27,034 nt of DNA from Candidatus Sigynarchaeum calidifontis (GCA_030587475.2 JAUQYZ020000263.1:1-27034); one strand, 5' to 3'. Counted from the stretch's first letter, positions 15,658-24,305 are shown. Program-made: numbers and translations. The notes: generated by a model from the sequence alone, not told the origin.

Positions 15658-16866
15658 TTGGATCAATTCGTGGAGAAAAGTTTTGACAAGGACTTGCGTT
15701 CTTTGTTCAAAAAGGACGTGCACGTGGATAACAAGTCATTGCATAAAGTGCTCGATCTCCCGGTTGACAAGCTCCAGGGTATCGATCTCGTTTCCAAGGA
15801 CAAGCTCGAGGAAGCGGGCATCAAGACGATCTATGACTTGAGCCAAGCGGCAGCGAGCGAGAAGAAAATCACGATCGATTCCACGATCCTTCGGAAATGG
15901 ATACGCAAGGCCAAGATCATCGTCAATTACGTGCAGAACCCGCTCACGAAGAAAAAACTCGTGCTCGCGGGGTTGGATTTCGCTGGAAAGACCAGCTTGC
16001 TGTCCGTCTTGAAAAAAGATTATTCTGTCATACAAGACTTGATGCCGACCAAGGGTGCACAGCGCGATGGCGTTGAATTCTTCGGGATTCCGATCATCAC
16101 GTGGGATCTTGGCGGGCAGGCACTGTACCGCAACGAATACCTCGATTCTGGCAAGTCAAAGCTCTTTTTCAGCGACACCGACGTGCTCTTCTACGTCATC
16201 GACGTTCAAGATGAAAAACGATACGACGAGGCACTCGACTACTATGGCAAGATGCTCGCGTCCTACAAGAATCTAGGCGAGCGGCCATCGCTCATCGTCC
16301 TCTTCCACAAGCTCGATCCCCAGATCAAGGAACAAGAGCACGTGATGCAGCGCATCGCTAAATTGCAAGTTGACATCGCCAACGTCTCGACAGAGCACGA
16401 GTTTTCGCCTGTCTTCGCCAACACGTCGATCTACGACAAGAACTCGGTATTCGTGGCGTTCTCGCTCGGCATCCGCAACATCTCGCAAACGGCCGAGCTC
16501 GTGGCATCGCTGCTCGAGGAATACACGGTCAAGGCCAACGGCAAGGCGGCCGTGCTGTTGTCGTCCGAGGGCGAGGTCTTCGCGCAGACCGGCGTCACGA
16601 AGGAATACATCGAACTCGTCACGCAGAACGGCTTGCTCATAGACACGCTTGTCAAGTTCGATATCACGAAGGGGTTCAAGTTGGAAAAAAATCCCGTGCT
16701 CAAGTTTTCCGACAACGAGATGTACCTCATTGGCCATCACATCTCGTCCCAAATGGGCCGTACGGTGTATCTCTGGCTGCTGCTCCAGAACCTGATCGAC
16801 TTCACGAGCTCGCTTTCATTCTTCCGGAACGAGGTCGAGCCGTTGTTGAACTTGTTCATCATCTAA
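15658..16866 (+). CDS. Rag/Gtr-like (Arf-related) small GTPase with N-terminal HhH-like domain and C-terminal roadblock-like domain
   Basis: G1 GLDFAGKTS, G2 PTKG, G3 WDLGGQ, FYVID, G4 HKLD, G5 TSIYD. N-terminal LPVDKLQGID...KLEEAGIKTIYDL. C-terminal LLEEYTVKANGKAAVLLSSEGEVFAQ. Start is TTG 15658 or GTG 15670. Confidence 0.88.
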   Translation: MDQFVEKSFDKDLRSLFKKDVHVDNKSLHKVLDLPVDKLQGIDLVSKDKLEEAGIKTIYDLSQAAASEKKITIDSTILRKWIRKAKIIVNYVQNPLTKKKLVLAGLDFAGKTSLLSVLKKDYSVIQDLMPTKGAQRDGVEFFGIPIITWDLGGQALYRNEYLDSGKSKLFFSDTDVLFYVIDVQDEKRYDEALDYYGKMLASYKNLGERPSLIVLFHKLDPQIKEQEHVMQRIAKLQVDIANVSTEHEFSPVFANTSIYDKNSVFVAFSLGIRNISQTAELVASLLEEYTVKANGKAAVLLSSEGEVFAQTGVTKEYIELVTQNGLLIDTLVKFDITKGFKLEKNPVLKFSDNEMYLIGHHISSQMGRTVYLWLLLQNLIDFTSSLSFFRNEVEPLLNLFII

Positions 16867-16888
16867 AAGGAATTTCTTTCCTTTTTTA

Positions 16889-17647
16889 TTAGCAATCTCG
16901 CACCAGTGCGCACGATGGATTGCGCGCCGCTTCCGAGATGGCCTCCTCGACCATGTACACGATGCGGGCAACGACCGTCCACGCGTCGAGGGGGATGGGG
17001 GCTATCGAATGCAGGTTTCCAGGCGGAACGATAGACTGCCATGCTCCATCGAAGTGGCCCCCTTGAAATCCGCCGATGACCAGCGCAAAGTCAACATTGG
17101 CATCGATACATCCGCTGCCGATGCTCGACAAGACATCATCGAAGGACCGCAGCTTGCCTTTGGTCGAGAACGCGTGGATCCGCGAAGCATCGAATCGAGA
17201 CAGGAAATTGGCGAGCGTGGTTTCCTGGATGGTGAATAGCTGCGGGCCATCCGTTGCCGCGGGCTGTTTCTTGTCCGAGAGCAGTTCGCCCATGATACCC
17301 TCGAACCGGTTGAGTGAGCGGGGGATCCTAGTTGCTGGGTCGATTATAATGATGCGTTCCTTCGGATAGATCACGTGGACGCAGACGCGTAGCTTTTTAA
17401 AAAGCAAGTTAAGTGGCGTATTCATCGCGGCCAATAAACAGAAGTGCACGATGTCCGGTCGCCCGCGCTTCTCGGCGCCAGCCAGCGACGCCATGGCCGA
17501 GTGATGGTAGTTCGTGTCAAGTAACAGCTTACCGGCTCGCGTGCCCTTCCGCTTCACGTCGGCGAGGACGCTCGCGTGTTCCCGGAGGGCTTCGGGGACG
17601 AGCTCCAGCGCCGCTTCCGCGATGACGAGCCAGATCATTTTTATCAT
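16889..17647 (-). CDS. nep1: 16S rRNA pseudouridine N1-methyltransferase Nep1/Emg1 (SPOUT)
   Basis: LVIAEAALELVP, LLDTNYHHSAM, KRGRPDIVHFCLL, TRIPRSLNRFEG, VIGGFQGGHF. ATG 17647 overlaps the rnp4 stop (ATGA). Confidence 0.95.
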   Translation of the reverse strand: MIKMIWLVIAEAALELVPEALREHASVLADVKRKGTRAGKLLLDTNYHHSAMASLAGAEKRGRPDIVHFCLLAAMNTPLNLLFKKLRVCVHVIYPKERIIIIDPATRIPRSLNRFEGIMGELLSDKKQPAATDGPQLFTIQETTLANFLSRFDASRIHAFSTKGKLRSFDDVLSSIGSGCIDANVDFALVIGGFQGGHFDGAWQSIVPPGNLHSIAPIPLDAWTVVARIVYMVEEAISEAARNPSCALVRDC

Positions 17648-18003
17648 CCCTCCAGGAAGCCTGGCCGTGGTCGCTTGTAGTGATACCGCTTGACATTCCC
17701 GCACTGCAGGCATGTCACGACGACATGCGCGTTTTTTCCTTTGCCTTGCAATCGCACGCGTGCCGTGGTTCCTTCGAGCAAGAATGCGTTGCATTTTTTA
17801 CAAATTTTTCTCGTGGCTTGTGGATCGAGCGGCATTCGAACTTTCATTGCGATCTTTCGAGCAATGTGGACATACCGGTTAGCCATGGCAGGGCCGTTCC
17901 CCGGCATGGATACGGCCTTCTCCGCCGCTGCCATGAGGATATCGACGCGCTCGCGGGCGATCTGGCCGGCTTTCTGCTTGTTCTTGATGTATTTCTTTGT
18001 CAC
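17644..18003 (-). CDS. rnp4: Ribonuclease P protein component 4 (Rpp21)
   Basis: IARERVDIL, ANRYVHIARKIAMK, CKKCNAFL, VTCLQCGNVKRY. Confidence 0.95.
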   Translation of the reverse strand: MTKKYIKNKQKAGQIARERVDILMAAAEKAVSMPGNGPAMANRYVHIARKIAMKVRMPLDPQATRKICKKCNAFLLEGTTARVRLQGKGKNAHVVVTCLQCGNVKRYHYKRPRPGFLEG

Positions 18004-18056
18004 AGCGAATTACCTTTCCTCCACGCCCTCCGCACAAACGATGGAAGCAGCTGTGC

Positions 18057-18311
18057 TTATCTTCCGATCACGAAGGTATTCCCCCGCACGCCGACAAGCT
18101 TGGCATGCACTTGCTTCGATACTTCTCTGGCATAATAATCGGCATCCTTGTCCCCGGAGATGGCGCTCTTGAGCACCTTGATCTTCAATGGACTCTTGAC
18201 CTTGAGTTGTTCCTTGATGTAGTTGATCACGGACTCCGGTATGCCGTTTTTGCCTATCTGGATGTCAATTGCATCGTGAAACGCGGCTTTCATGGGAATC
18301 GATGAGATCAC
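18057..18311 (-). CDS. YhbY/CRM-domain RNA-binding protein
   Basis: IQIGKNGI...IKEQL...LKIKVLK...AKLVGVRGNTFVI. Alternative ATG at 18293. Confidence 0.9.
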   Translation of the reverse strand: MISSIPMKAAFHDAIDIQIGKNGIPESVINYIKEQLKVKSPLKIKVLKSAISGDKDADYYAREVSKQVHAKLVGVRGNTFVIGR

Positions 18312-18456
18312 GGCATCCTTGAAAAATGAAGTTTATGGGCATCGGATCGTGGTGCAAGGAATTGCATGGAAGCGAGCCCGGAGACAGCTTAAATTAATAG
18401 TACGGTAAATTTGATCTCTCATCACTCGCGTATCATGCTAGTGACGAAGAAAAGGT

Positions 18457-18939
18457 ATGAACATGAGCCAACCCAGTTCTAAGCCTGCTAAGCCACCGGT
18501 GAGCAACGTCTACAGCGTCGAACCAACAGCACTCATCAAGAGGCTAGCCGACAAGTTACGCACTTATCCAGAAGTTAATGTTCCCCGTGAGGTCAAGCTC
18601 GGTTTTTGGAAGACCTCTTGTGCCAAGGAATTCGCTCCGGAGAATGATGACTTCTGGTTCATCCGCGCGGCATCGCTGTTGCGACGACTTGCCCTCAAGA
18701 AGCACATCGGTGTGAGCCGGCTTCGGAAAGAGTACGGGTCTCGCCAGAGAAACGGCTTGAGGCCTGCCCGCTTTCGGAAAGCGTCTGGAAAGATCATCCG
18801 GCGCATCCTCCAACAATTGGAGAAGGCGGGGCTCGTAGTTATCGACAAGTCCGCCGGGAGAAAATTAACTGGTTCCGGGCACTCGCTGGTCGACAAGATC
18901 GCGCACGAGATCGTGCGCGAGACCGCCGCGGTAAAATAA
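18457..18939 (+). CDS. rps19e: 30S ribosomal protein S19e
   Basis: KTSCAKEFAPENDDFWFIRAASLLR, GVSRLRKEYG, ASGKIIRRILQQLEKAGLV, GRKLT. Confidence 0.97.
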   Translation: MNMSQPSSKPAKPPVSNVYSVEPTALIKRLADKLRTYPEVNVPREVKLGFWKTSCAKEFAPENDDFWFIRAASLLRRLALKKHIGVSRLRKEYGSRQRNGLRPARFRKASGKIIRRILQQLEKAGLVVIDKSAGRKLTGSGHSLVDKIAHEIVRETAAVK

Positions 18940-18978
18940 ACACGAATCGAGACGAACAAGTTCCTGGTGAACCATTCC

Positions 18979-19332
18979 ATGAGCGATGACGAACAGCTTG
19001 AAGAGATCCGCCGCCGCAAAATGCTCGAACTCCAGCAACAAGCGGCTGCGCAAGCCCAGCAAAAAGAAGCCCAGGACAAGTTCGAGGCCCAGAAGGACGC
19101 GTTGATGCGAAAAATTCTATCATCCGAGGCACGCCAGCGCCTCATGAACCTCAAGCTCGTCAGGCCCGAAATGACCGACGCGATAGAGGCACAATTGATT
19201 CAACTCGTCCAGATGGGACAGATAAACCGCCTGGGCGTCCCGCTTCCGATGTCCGACGAGCATTTCAAGGCATTACTTCAACAGTTGATGAACAAGAACC
19301 AGCGGAAAGATTTCACGATCAAGAAGATCTAG
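18979..19332 (+). CDS. PDCD5/TFAR19-family DNA-binding protein
   Basis: [45 protein letters not shown]; canonical position after rps19e. Confidence 0.95.
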   Translation: MSDDEQLEEIRRRKMLELQQQAAAQAQQKEAQDKFEAQKDALMRKILSSEARQRLMNLKLVRPEMTDAIEAQLIQLVQMGQINRLGVPLPMSDEHFKALLQQLMNKNQRKDFTIKKI

Positions 19333-19361
19333 CACATCTAATTCCACCGAGACGAACCATC

Positions 19362-19517
19362 ATGCCACATTTTCGACCGCATGCAAAGAAACTACGAATG
19401 GCAAAAAGATTGAAGGAAAATCGACCTGTTCCAACTTGGGTCGTAATAAAAACGGGCCGAAAAGTACGCTCCACGCCTAAACAGCGCCGTTGGAGACAAA
19501 CGAAAATGAAGCCGTAA
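19362..19517 (+). CDS. rpl39e: 50S ribosomal protein L39e (not in the supplied ORF track)
   Basis: Manual translation gives 51 aa: [51 protein letters not shown]. Confidence 0.96.
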   Translation: MPHFRPHAKKLRMAKRLKENRPVPTWVVIKTGRKVRSTPKQRRWRQTKMKP

Positions 19518-19541
19518 TGGCACGATAAATGGTGATTTTAA

Positions 19542-20096
19542 ATGGGCAAAAAAGCAAAAAAGGCAGCTATGGACGAGGACAAGGAGGAAACCGTCGAAGA
19601 GACGAGTGAGGAAACCGCCACGGAAGAGACCAAGCCCACTCCCAAGAAGACCAAGGTCAAGAAAGCTGTTACCGAGGAAAAATCCGTGGACGATGAAGGA
19701 GTCAAACATGAAAACACGGCATCCACGAGCACTGACAAGGATATATTCGAGGAGAAATCAGAGGTCGCAAAGCAATTTGAAACCGCCGGTGAGCCCAAGG
19801 AGGAAATCACCGAGGAGCGGACATACATCGTTCCCCTTTCTCGTGCATATGCCAGTCCCCGGAAATACCGCGCGAAGAAGGCAATCATCATCTTGCGCGA
19901 GTTCTTTAAGCGCCACATGAAACCGACCGAGCTCGTGATATTGCCCGAGGTCAACGACGAGATCTGGTCAAGATCCATCGAGCGCCCCCCTCGAAAGCTC
20001 AAGATCCGCGCGACCAAGAGCATCGAAGGAAAAGTAACGCTGTACCTCGGAATGACGCCGCTAACTGAGCCGGCAAAAGCGCAGAGCAAAAGTTGA
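19542..20096 (+). CDS. rpl31e: 50S ribosomal protein L31e with long charged N-terminal extension
   Basis: ERTYIVPLSRAY...RAKKAIIILREFFKRHMK...VNDEIWSRSIERPPRKLKIRA. GGTGA Shine-Dalgarno-like motif before ATG 19542. Confidence 0.95.
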   Translation: MGKKAKKAAMDEDKEETVEETSEETATEETKPTPKKTKVKKAVTEEKSVDDEGVKHENTASTSTDKDIFEEKSEVAKQFETAGEPKEEITEERTYIVPLSRAYASPRKYRAKKAIIILREFFKRHMKPTELVILPEVNDEIWSRSIERPPRKLKIRATKSIEGKVTLYLGMTPLTEPAKAQSKS

Positions 20097-20194
20097 AACA
20101 AGCCGTCGCACGTAATTATTTATTTTTTTACCATTCGAGAGAATTTGATACTTTATTAGACAAATAACTTCACATGTTTCAAAAATGAAGAGTC

Positions 20195-20884
20195 GTGGAC
20201 GAAGTGCTTGAAAGGTTGGACGCGTTCGGTTCGAACACGATCGGGATCTCTTTGCTTGCTACCGACGCATACTGCATCGCTCCTGGCGGAACCAAGACCA
20301 AGGTCAAGGAGCGGCTCGAGGCCGTGCTACAAGTGCCCTGCATCGAAATCGACGCGTCATTCAAGCGGCTGGCCGGCGTCATGATGGTCGGCAATTCCCG
20401 GGGATTATTACTTCCCAACCATATCAGCCCGCACGACGAGGAATCGATAATAAAGGCCATGGAGCAATTCGGCAACGTGAAAGTGCTCGTACTGGAACAG
20501 AGCAAGCTCAATGCACTCGGCAACCTGATATCGACGAACGACAAGGGCGCGGTTGCCAGCAGCAAGTTGACTCCTGAAAGCATAAAGTCCATCGAGGACG
20601 TGCTCGGCGTTAAAGCGATCCAGGCACGCATCAACAACTCGCCCCTGGTGGGTACCAAGATCGTCGCAAATGCGAAGGGGTGCCTCGTAAGTCCCCTCGC
20701 CACGAACGAGGAGGCCGAATCATTCAAGAAGATTTTCGGCGTGGAGAACACGGATTTCACGACGGTCTGCCTCGGAATGGAATCCATCCGCGTCGGCATG
20801 GTCGCCAATTCATTCGGTGCGCTCGTGGGAAACTCGACATCGGGACCTGAAATGGCCCGCATCTCGGAAATTCTCGAGGTCTGA
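20195..20884 (+). CDS. eif6: Translation initiation factor 6 (aIF6)
   Basis: GSNTIG, GVMMVGNSRGLLLP, NALGNLISTNDKGA, LVGTKIVANAKG, VANSFGALVGNSTSGPEMARISEIL. Confidence 0.95.
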   Translation: MDEVLERLDAFGSNTIGISLLATDAYCIAPGGTKTKVKERLEAVLQVPCIEIDASFKRLAGVMMVGNSRGLLLPNHISPHDEESIIKAMEQFGNVKVLVLEQSKLNALGNLISTNDKGAVASSKLTPESIKSIEDVLGVKAIQARINNSPLVGTKIVANAKGCLVSPLATNEEAESFKKIFGVENTDFTTVCLGMESIRVGMVANSFGALVGNSTSGPEMARISEILEV

Positions 20885-21122
20885 TGCAACGACATCGTGC
20901 ATTGCCCGATAGCGAGGGGAGAACTGTAAATTCCAACATCCACGCGGCAATCTTCAAGATTGGCTTTAGTAACTTGGTTCGATATGACCGCACCTTGTCA
21001 ACAACAAGATCATTCTAACGTGCATGCACGAGATTGCGAGTTCCACCACTTCGGTTCCAAACATGGTCAAGATTTAATGCCACAAGCCCTTCATACATCG
21101 TGAGCGATCGTAGTGAAAAAGT

Positions 21123-21380
21123 ATGCCAGAAGTAACAGTAAGCACCTTTCGCGTGCGCGGTTTTTACCGCACCCGGTACGGCGTGAATAAAAACATGTTT
21201 GAGAAGGAAGTGCGAGCTATTAATAAGGATGATGCTATTGCTTCTGTTAAGCACCTCATATCATCGCAAAAAGTTAAGCTTTCCCGCATCGTTGTCGAGT
21301 CGGTCGAGGAAATCAAGAACAGCGATGATATCAAGAGCCGAGTCGTGAAAGCGTTCGCGACCGAGAACATTCGCGTGTAA
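21123..21380 (+). CDS. rpl18a: 50S ribosomal protein L18Ae/LX (eL20)
   Basis: FRVRG...FEKEVRAINKDDAI...ISSQKVKLSRIVVESVEEI; canonical position between eif6 and pfdA. Confidence 0.9.
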   Translation: MPEVTVSTFRVRGFYRTRYGVNKNMFEKEVRAINKDDAIASVKHLISSQKVKLSRIVVESVEEIKNSDDIKSRVVKAFATENIRV

Positions 21381-21418
21381 CAAGTCGCTTCGAGAAACGT
21401 CCGTCTTGAGGAGGTCCG

Positions 21419-21901
21419 ATGATGGAGAACAACGAGCTGCAACAGATGGCCGCCTTCATTGAGTTTGCGCAAGACCAGCTCAAGCAGCTGGAGTTGCAAC
21501 ACCAGGTGATCGGCCAGGCTATCGACGATATCGCAGCGACCATGGTCACCATCGAGAATCTGGACAAAGAACAACCAGATAGCAATGGAAATTTGAATAC
21601 CGTGCTCCCGATTGGTGATAACGCCTTTATCCGCACGGCTATCAAGAAACCAGCCGGATACCTCATTTCCATCGGCGCCCGGTATTTCATCGAGGCAAGC
21701 CGCGAGTCCAGCATCAAGATCCTGGAATCACAAAAAGAACGGATGCTTGGCACCCTCGGTGCGATAGAGGAACGCATGAAAAAGATCTCCGAACAAGTCG
21801 AGAAAGTTCGCCCCGTGATCGAGCAGCAGGTGCAAGCAATGAAGTCAAGCGGAGCGGCTCCCGCCCAAACACCCAAAAAGTCTACAACGGATGGCTTGTA
21901 A
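21419..21901 (+). CDS. pfdA: Prefoldin subunit alpha
   Basis: Coiled-coil arms flanking TVLPIGDNAFIRTAI and LISIGARYFIE beta hairpins; synteny. Confidence 0.93.
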   Translation: MMENNELQQMAAFIEFAQDQLKQLELQHQVIGQAIDDIAATMVTIENLDKEQPDSNGNLNTVLPIGDNAFIRTAIKKPAGYLISIGARYFIEASRESSIKILESQKERMLGTLGAIEERMKKISEQVEKVRPVIEQQVQAMKSSGAAPAQTPKKSTTDGL

Positions 21902-21972
21902 AGGACGTTTTCACCCCCACCAGTGCGCCTTGCACCAGAGCCGCTCTAGTAGAGAATGCCGAGGGATCGCAC

Positions 21973-22881
21973 GTGTTCGAGAAGATCAAGTCCGGATTTC
22001 AAGCGTTCGTCAAGAATCTCAAGACAAAGGAGCTTACCGAGAAAAATATTAAAGTTGCACTCGAGGAGCTCAAGATTTCCCTTGTCAAGAATGATGTCGC
22101 ATATAATGTTGCTCAAAAAATATCTGATGATGTTAAAGCAAAAATTCTCGGCATGCGCATAGACCGGGCGAATAGAATCGAGGCCTTTCTCAAGGACGCC
22201 ATCACGACCACGATCCTGGAAATCCTCAACACCAGTAAACCTTTCAATCTGCTAGACAAAGTCAAGGAGAAGGCGGCACAAGATGCGCCGCTCGTGCTCG
22301 TGTTCCTCGGGGTGAACGGCACGGGAAAGACCACGACCATCGCTAAGGTGGCCAATTACTTCAAGAAGAACAACGTGACTTGCGTTATCGGCGCAGCTGA
22401 CACGTTCCGAGCCGGCGCGATCGAGCAGCTGGAAAAACATGCCAGTAATGTCGGCATCCGGGTCATAAAACACGAGTACCGGAGCGATCCGAGCAGCGTG
22501 GTGTTTGATACAATATCGCACGCGCAAGCCCGGCATATCAGGACCGTTCTGATAGACACAGCAGGGCGGCAAGTCATTGACAAGAATCTCATGAAGGAAT
22601 TGTCCAAGATCGTTAGCGTGGCGGATCCGGATTACGTGATCTACGTGGGTGATGCAATGGCGGGCAACGACGTCGTTTCACAAGTCGAGAATTTTTCCCA
22701 AGTTGTCCGCGTGGATGCTTCGATCCTAACCAAGGTTGATGCTGATATCGGCGGAGGCGCAGCCTTGAGCGTCGCGTATCTCACGAAGCGACCCATTTTA
22801 TTTGTCGGGACGGGGCAAGGCTATGACGACCTCCAGCCATTCGATGCTGACTGGTTCTTGAAGAAGATCGTCGATTTCTAA
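21973..22881 (+). CDS. ftsY: Signal recognition particle receptor FtsY
   Basis: GVNGTGKTTTIAK, AADTFRAGAIEQL, DTAGR, TKVD, GGAALS, FVGTGQGYDDL. Confidence 0.97.
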   Translation: MFEKIKSGFQAFVKNLKTKELTEKNIKVALEELKISLVKNDVAYNVAQKISDDVKAKILGMRIDRANRIEAFLKDAITTTILEILNTSKPFNLLDKVKEKAAQDAPLVLVFLGVNGTGKTTTIAKVANYFKKNNVTCVIGAADTFRAGAIEQLEKHASNVGIRVIKHEYRSDPSSVVFDTISHAQARHIRTVLIDTAGRQVIDKNLMKELSKIVSVADPDYVIYVGDAMAGNDVVSQVENFSQVVRVDASILTKVDADIGGGAALSVAYLTKRPILFVGTGQGYDDLQPFDADWFLKKIVDF

Positions 22882-22976
22882 GCATCCTGCTTTTGCTTGG
22901 ATTGCGAAAAAAACTTGGCATAACGCTTTCTTGTCATCTCATCATTCGAGGTGGTGGGAAAAAGAATCCGCTATCT

Positions 22977-23660
22977 TTACTGGCGGCCAAGCACGTACTT
23001 CAATTGCTGGAGGACGCGGTTTAAAAAGACTAGCAGGCAAATGCCGAAGAACAAGTAGATCCCGATCATTAGGAAATTTCCTTGAACAATTGCGACGACG
23101 ATCTCTACTCCCGTATACACGAGCATGTATCCAATAATGAGTTGGATGAACCCAACCATGGCTTTTGGTGGTAACAGCCCACGTTTTTGCTTGATTGCGA
23201 TGTAAAATAGGAACGGCAAGAACACGGCGTGTACGATCAACGGGAGAAGCATGAATGGATTTTGGAACATCAAGAAAAAAGCTAGATCCATCCCGGCAAA
23301 AATGAGAAATACTACAAGGCCGAACACGAGATTTACACTGCCCACCATCCCCCCGCCCAAGCGCATGCTCACGTCGGAATCCTCCTCGTCATCCTCGTAT
23401 GCACGCGGTTCGCTCTTGTCCCCGTACATGCGTCTTTCGTTCTCGGGGGTATCATTGATCGGCATGCGCTGTGTCGCCCTTCGCTCGCCCCCCTTTTCGA
23501 GCTGCATGCGGATCGCCACTTCCTCGCTCTTCATGTTCTTGAACGCGCAGTTGTGGGTCTCTGGAAGGCGATGCTTGGCGCAAAAATAGCCGCCACATCG
23601 CTTGCATTGGAATCCCAGGTAGGCATCCTTGTTACAGTGGGCACACTTCGTGTTTTTCAC
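22977..23660 (-). CDS. AN1-type zinc-finger protein with four C-terminal TM helices
   Basis: CAHCNKDAYLGFQCKRCGGYFCAKHRLPETHNC, then an acidic linker and four hydrophobic segments. Confidence 0.88.
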   Translation of the reverse strand: MKNTKCAHCNKDAYLGFQCKRCGGYFCAKHRLPETHNCAFKNMKSEEVAIRMQLEKGGERRATQRMPINDTPENERRMYGDKSEPRAYEDDEEDSDVSMRLGGGMVGSVNLVFGLVVFLIFAGMDLAFFLMFQNPFMLLPLIVHAVFLPFLFYIAIKQKRGLLPPKAMVGFIQLIIGYMLVYTGVEIVVAIVQGNFLMIGIYLFFGICLLVFLNRVLQQLKYVLGRQ

Positions 23661-23689
23661 GCCTCATCTACAATCAGTATACATTTACC

Positions 23690-23708
23690 TTATGGAGATG
23701 CTCCATAA
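23690..23708. promoter_or_regulatory. Inverted repeat between divergent genes (operator candidate)
   Basis: TTATGGAG-ATG-CTCCATAA, about 30 nt upstream of the AN1 gene start. Confidence 0.4.
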
Positions 23709-23857
23709 TAACCCTTCCCTTTCTTGAAAAACGTACAAGCCATGGTTACACGGGCACGCGATGGCACGAGCGGACGACATCCCCGCTTGGAATTTTTTTC
23801 CGGACATGCGCGGCATTATTAAATACGCATGCTTGCTTCCATTCCTCGCGTTTCGAG

Positions 23858-24193
23858 GTGATTTTCACGGACATTTTCAAGCAGTTTGCCGAGAGAAACA
23901 AGAAAGTTTTCGCGGACATGGGCGTGAACCCGGCAAATATGAATTTCACTGCTACCATCGGCGATGGATCCGAGCAGTTCAAACACGCGCGCGTGCTGGA
24001 GAAACTCGTCAAGAGCCGGTCATTCCCGGCATCGGTCGAGCCCGGCATCACCCATAAGATCGAGACTATTGAACATCAAGCTGGCGGAGCTCGTGTAACA
24101 CGTGAAGCTATCGAAAAGAAAATGCGCACGTCGATCCTCGTTCCTGTCCTCCTCGCTGCAACGTTATACCTTGTCCTTACATTGTTGCTATAG
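23858..24193 (+). CDS. Hypothetical tail-anchored membrane protein
   Basis: 111-aa ORF ending KKMRTSILVPVLLAATLYLVLTLLL*; start uncertain. Confidence 0.6.
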   Translation: MIFTDIFKQFAERNKKVFADMGVNPANMNFTATIGDGSEQFKHARVLEKLVKSRSFPASVEPGITHKIETIEHQAGGARVTREAIEKKMRTSILVPVLLAATLYLVLTLLL

Positions 24194-24274
24194 CCATAGT
24201 CCTACCATAATCATCCCAGATGGCAAGCGATGCAGCAATTTCCCCGCGCGTTCAAAAAGACATCATCCATACCT

Positions 24275-24305
24275 TACATGTGGTATATACCTTACGCCAC
24301 ATGTA
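24275..24305. promoter_or_regulatory. Inverted repeat upstream of a TATA-like element
   Basis: TACATGTGG-N13-CCACATGTA, followed by TTTATATG at about 24316. Confidence 0.4.

Noticed and set aside
16889-17794. 301-aa version of Nep1
   Set aside because: The extra 49 codons overlap rnp4; the ATGA-coupled start at 17647 fits the family N-terminus.
20174-20188. In-frame ATG-TTT-CAA-AAA-TGA upstream of eif6 as selenocysteine read-through or regulatory uORF
   Set aside because: Four-codon ORFs arise by chance, IF6 is not a known selenoprotein, and I saw no SECIS.
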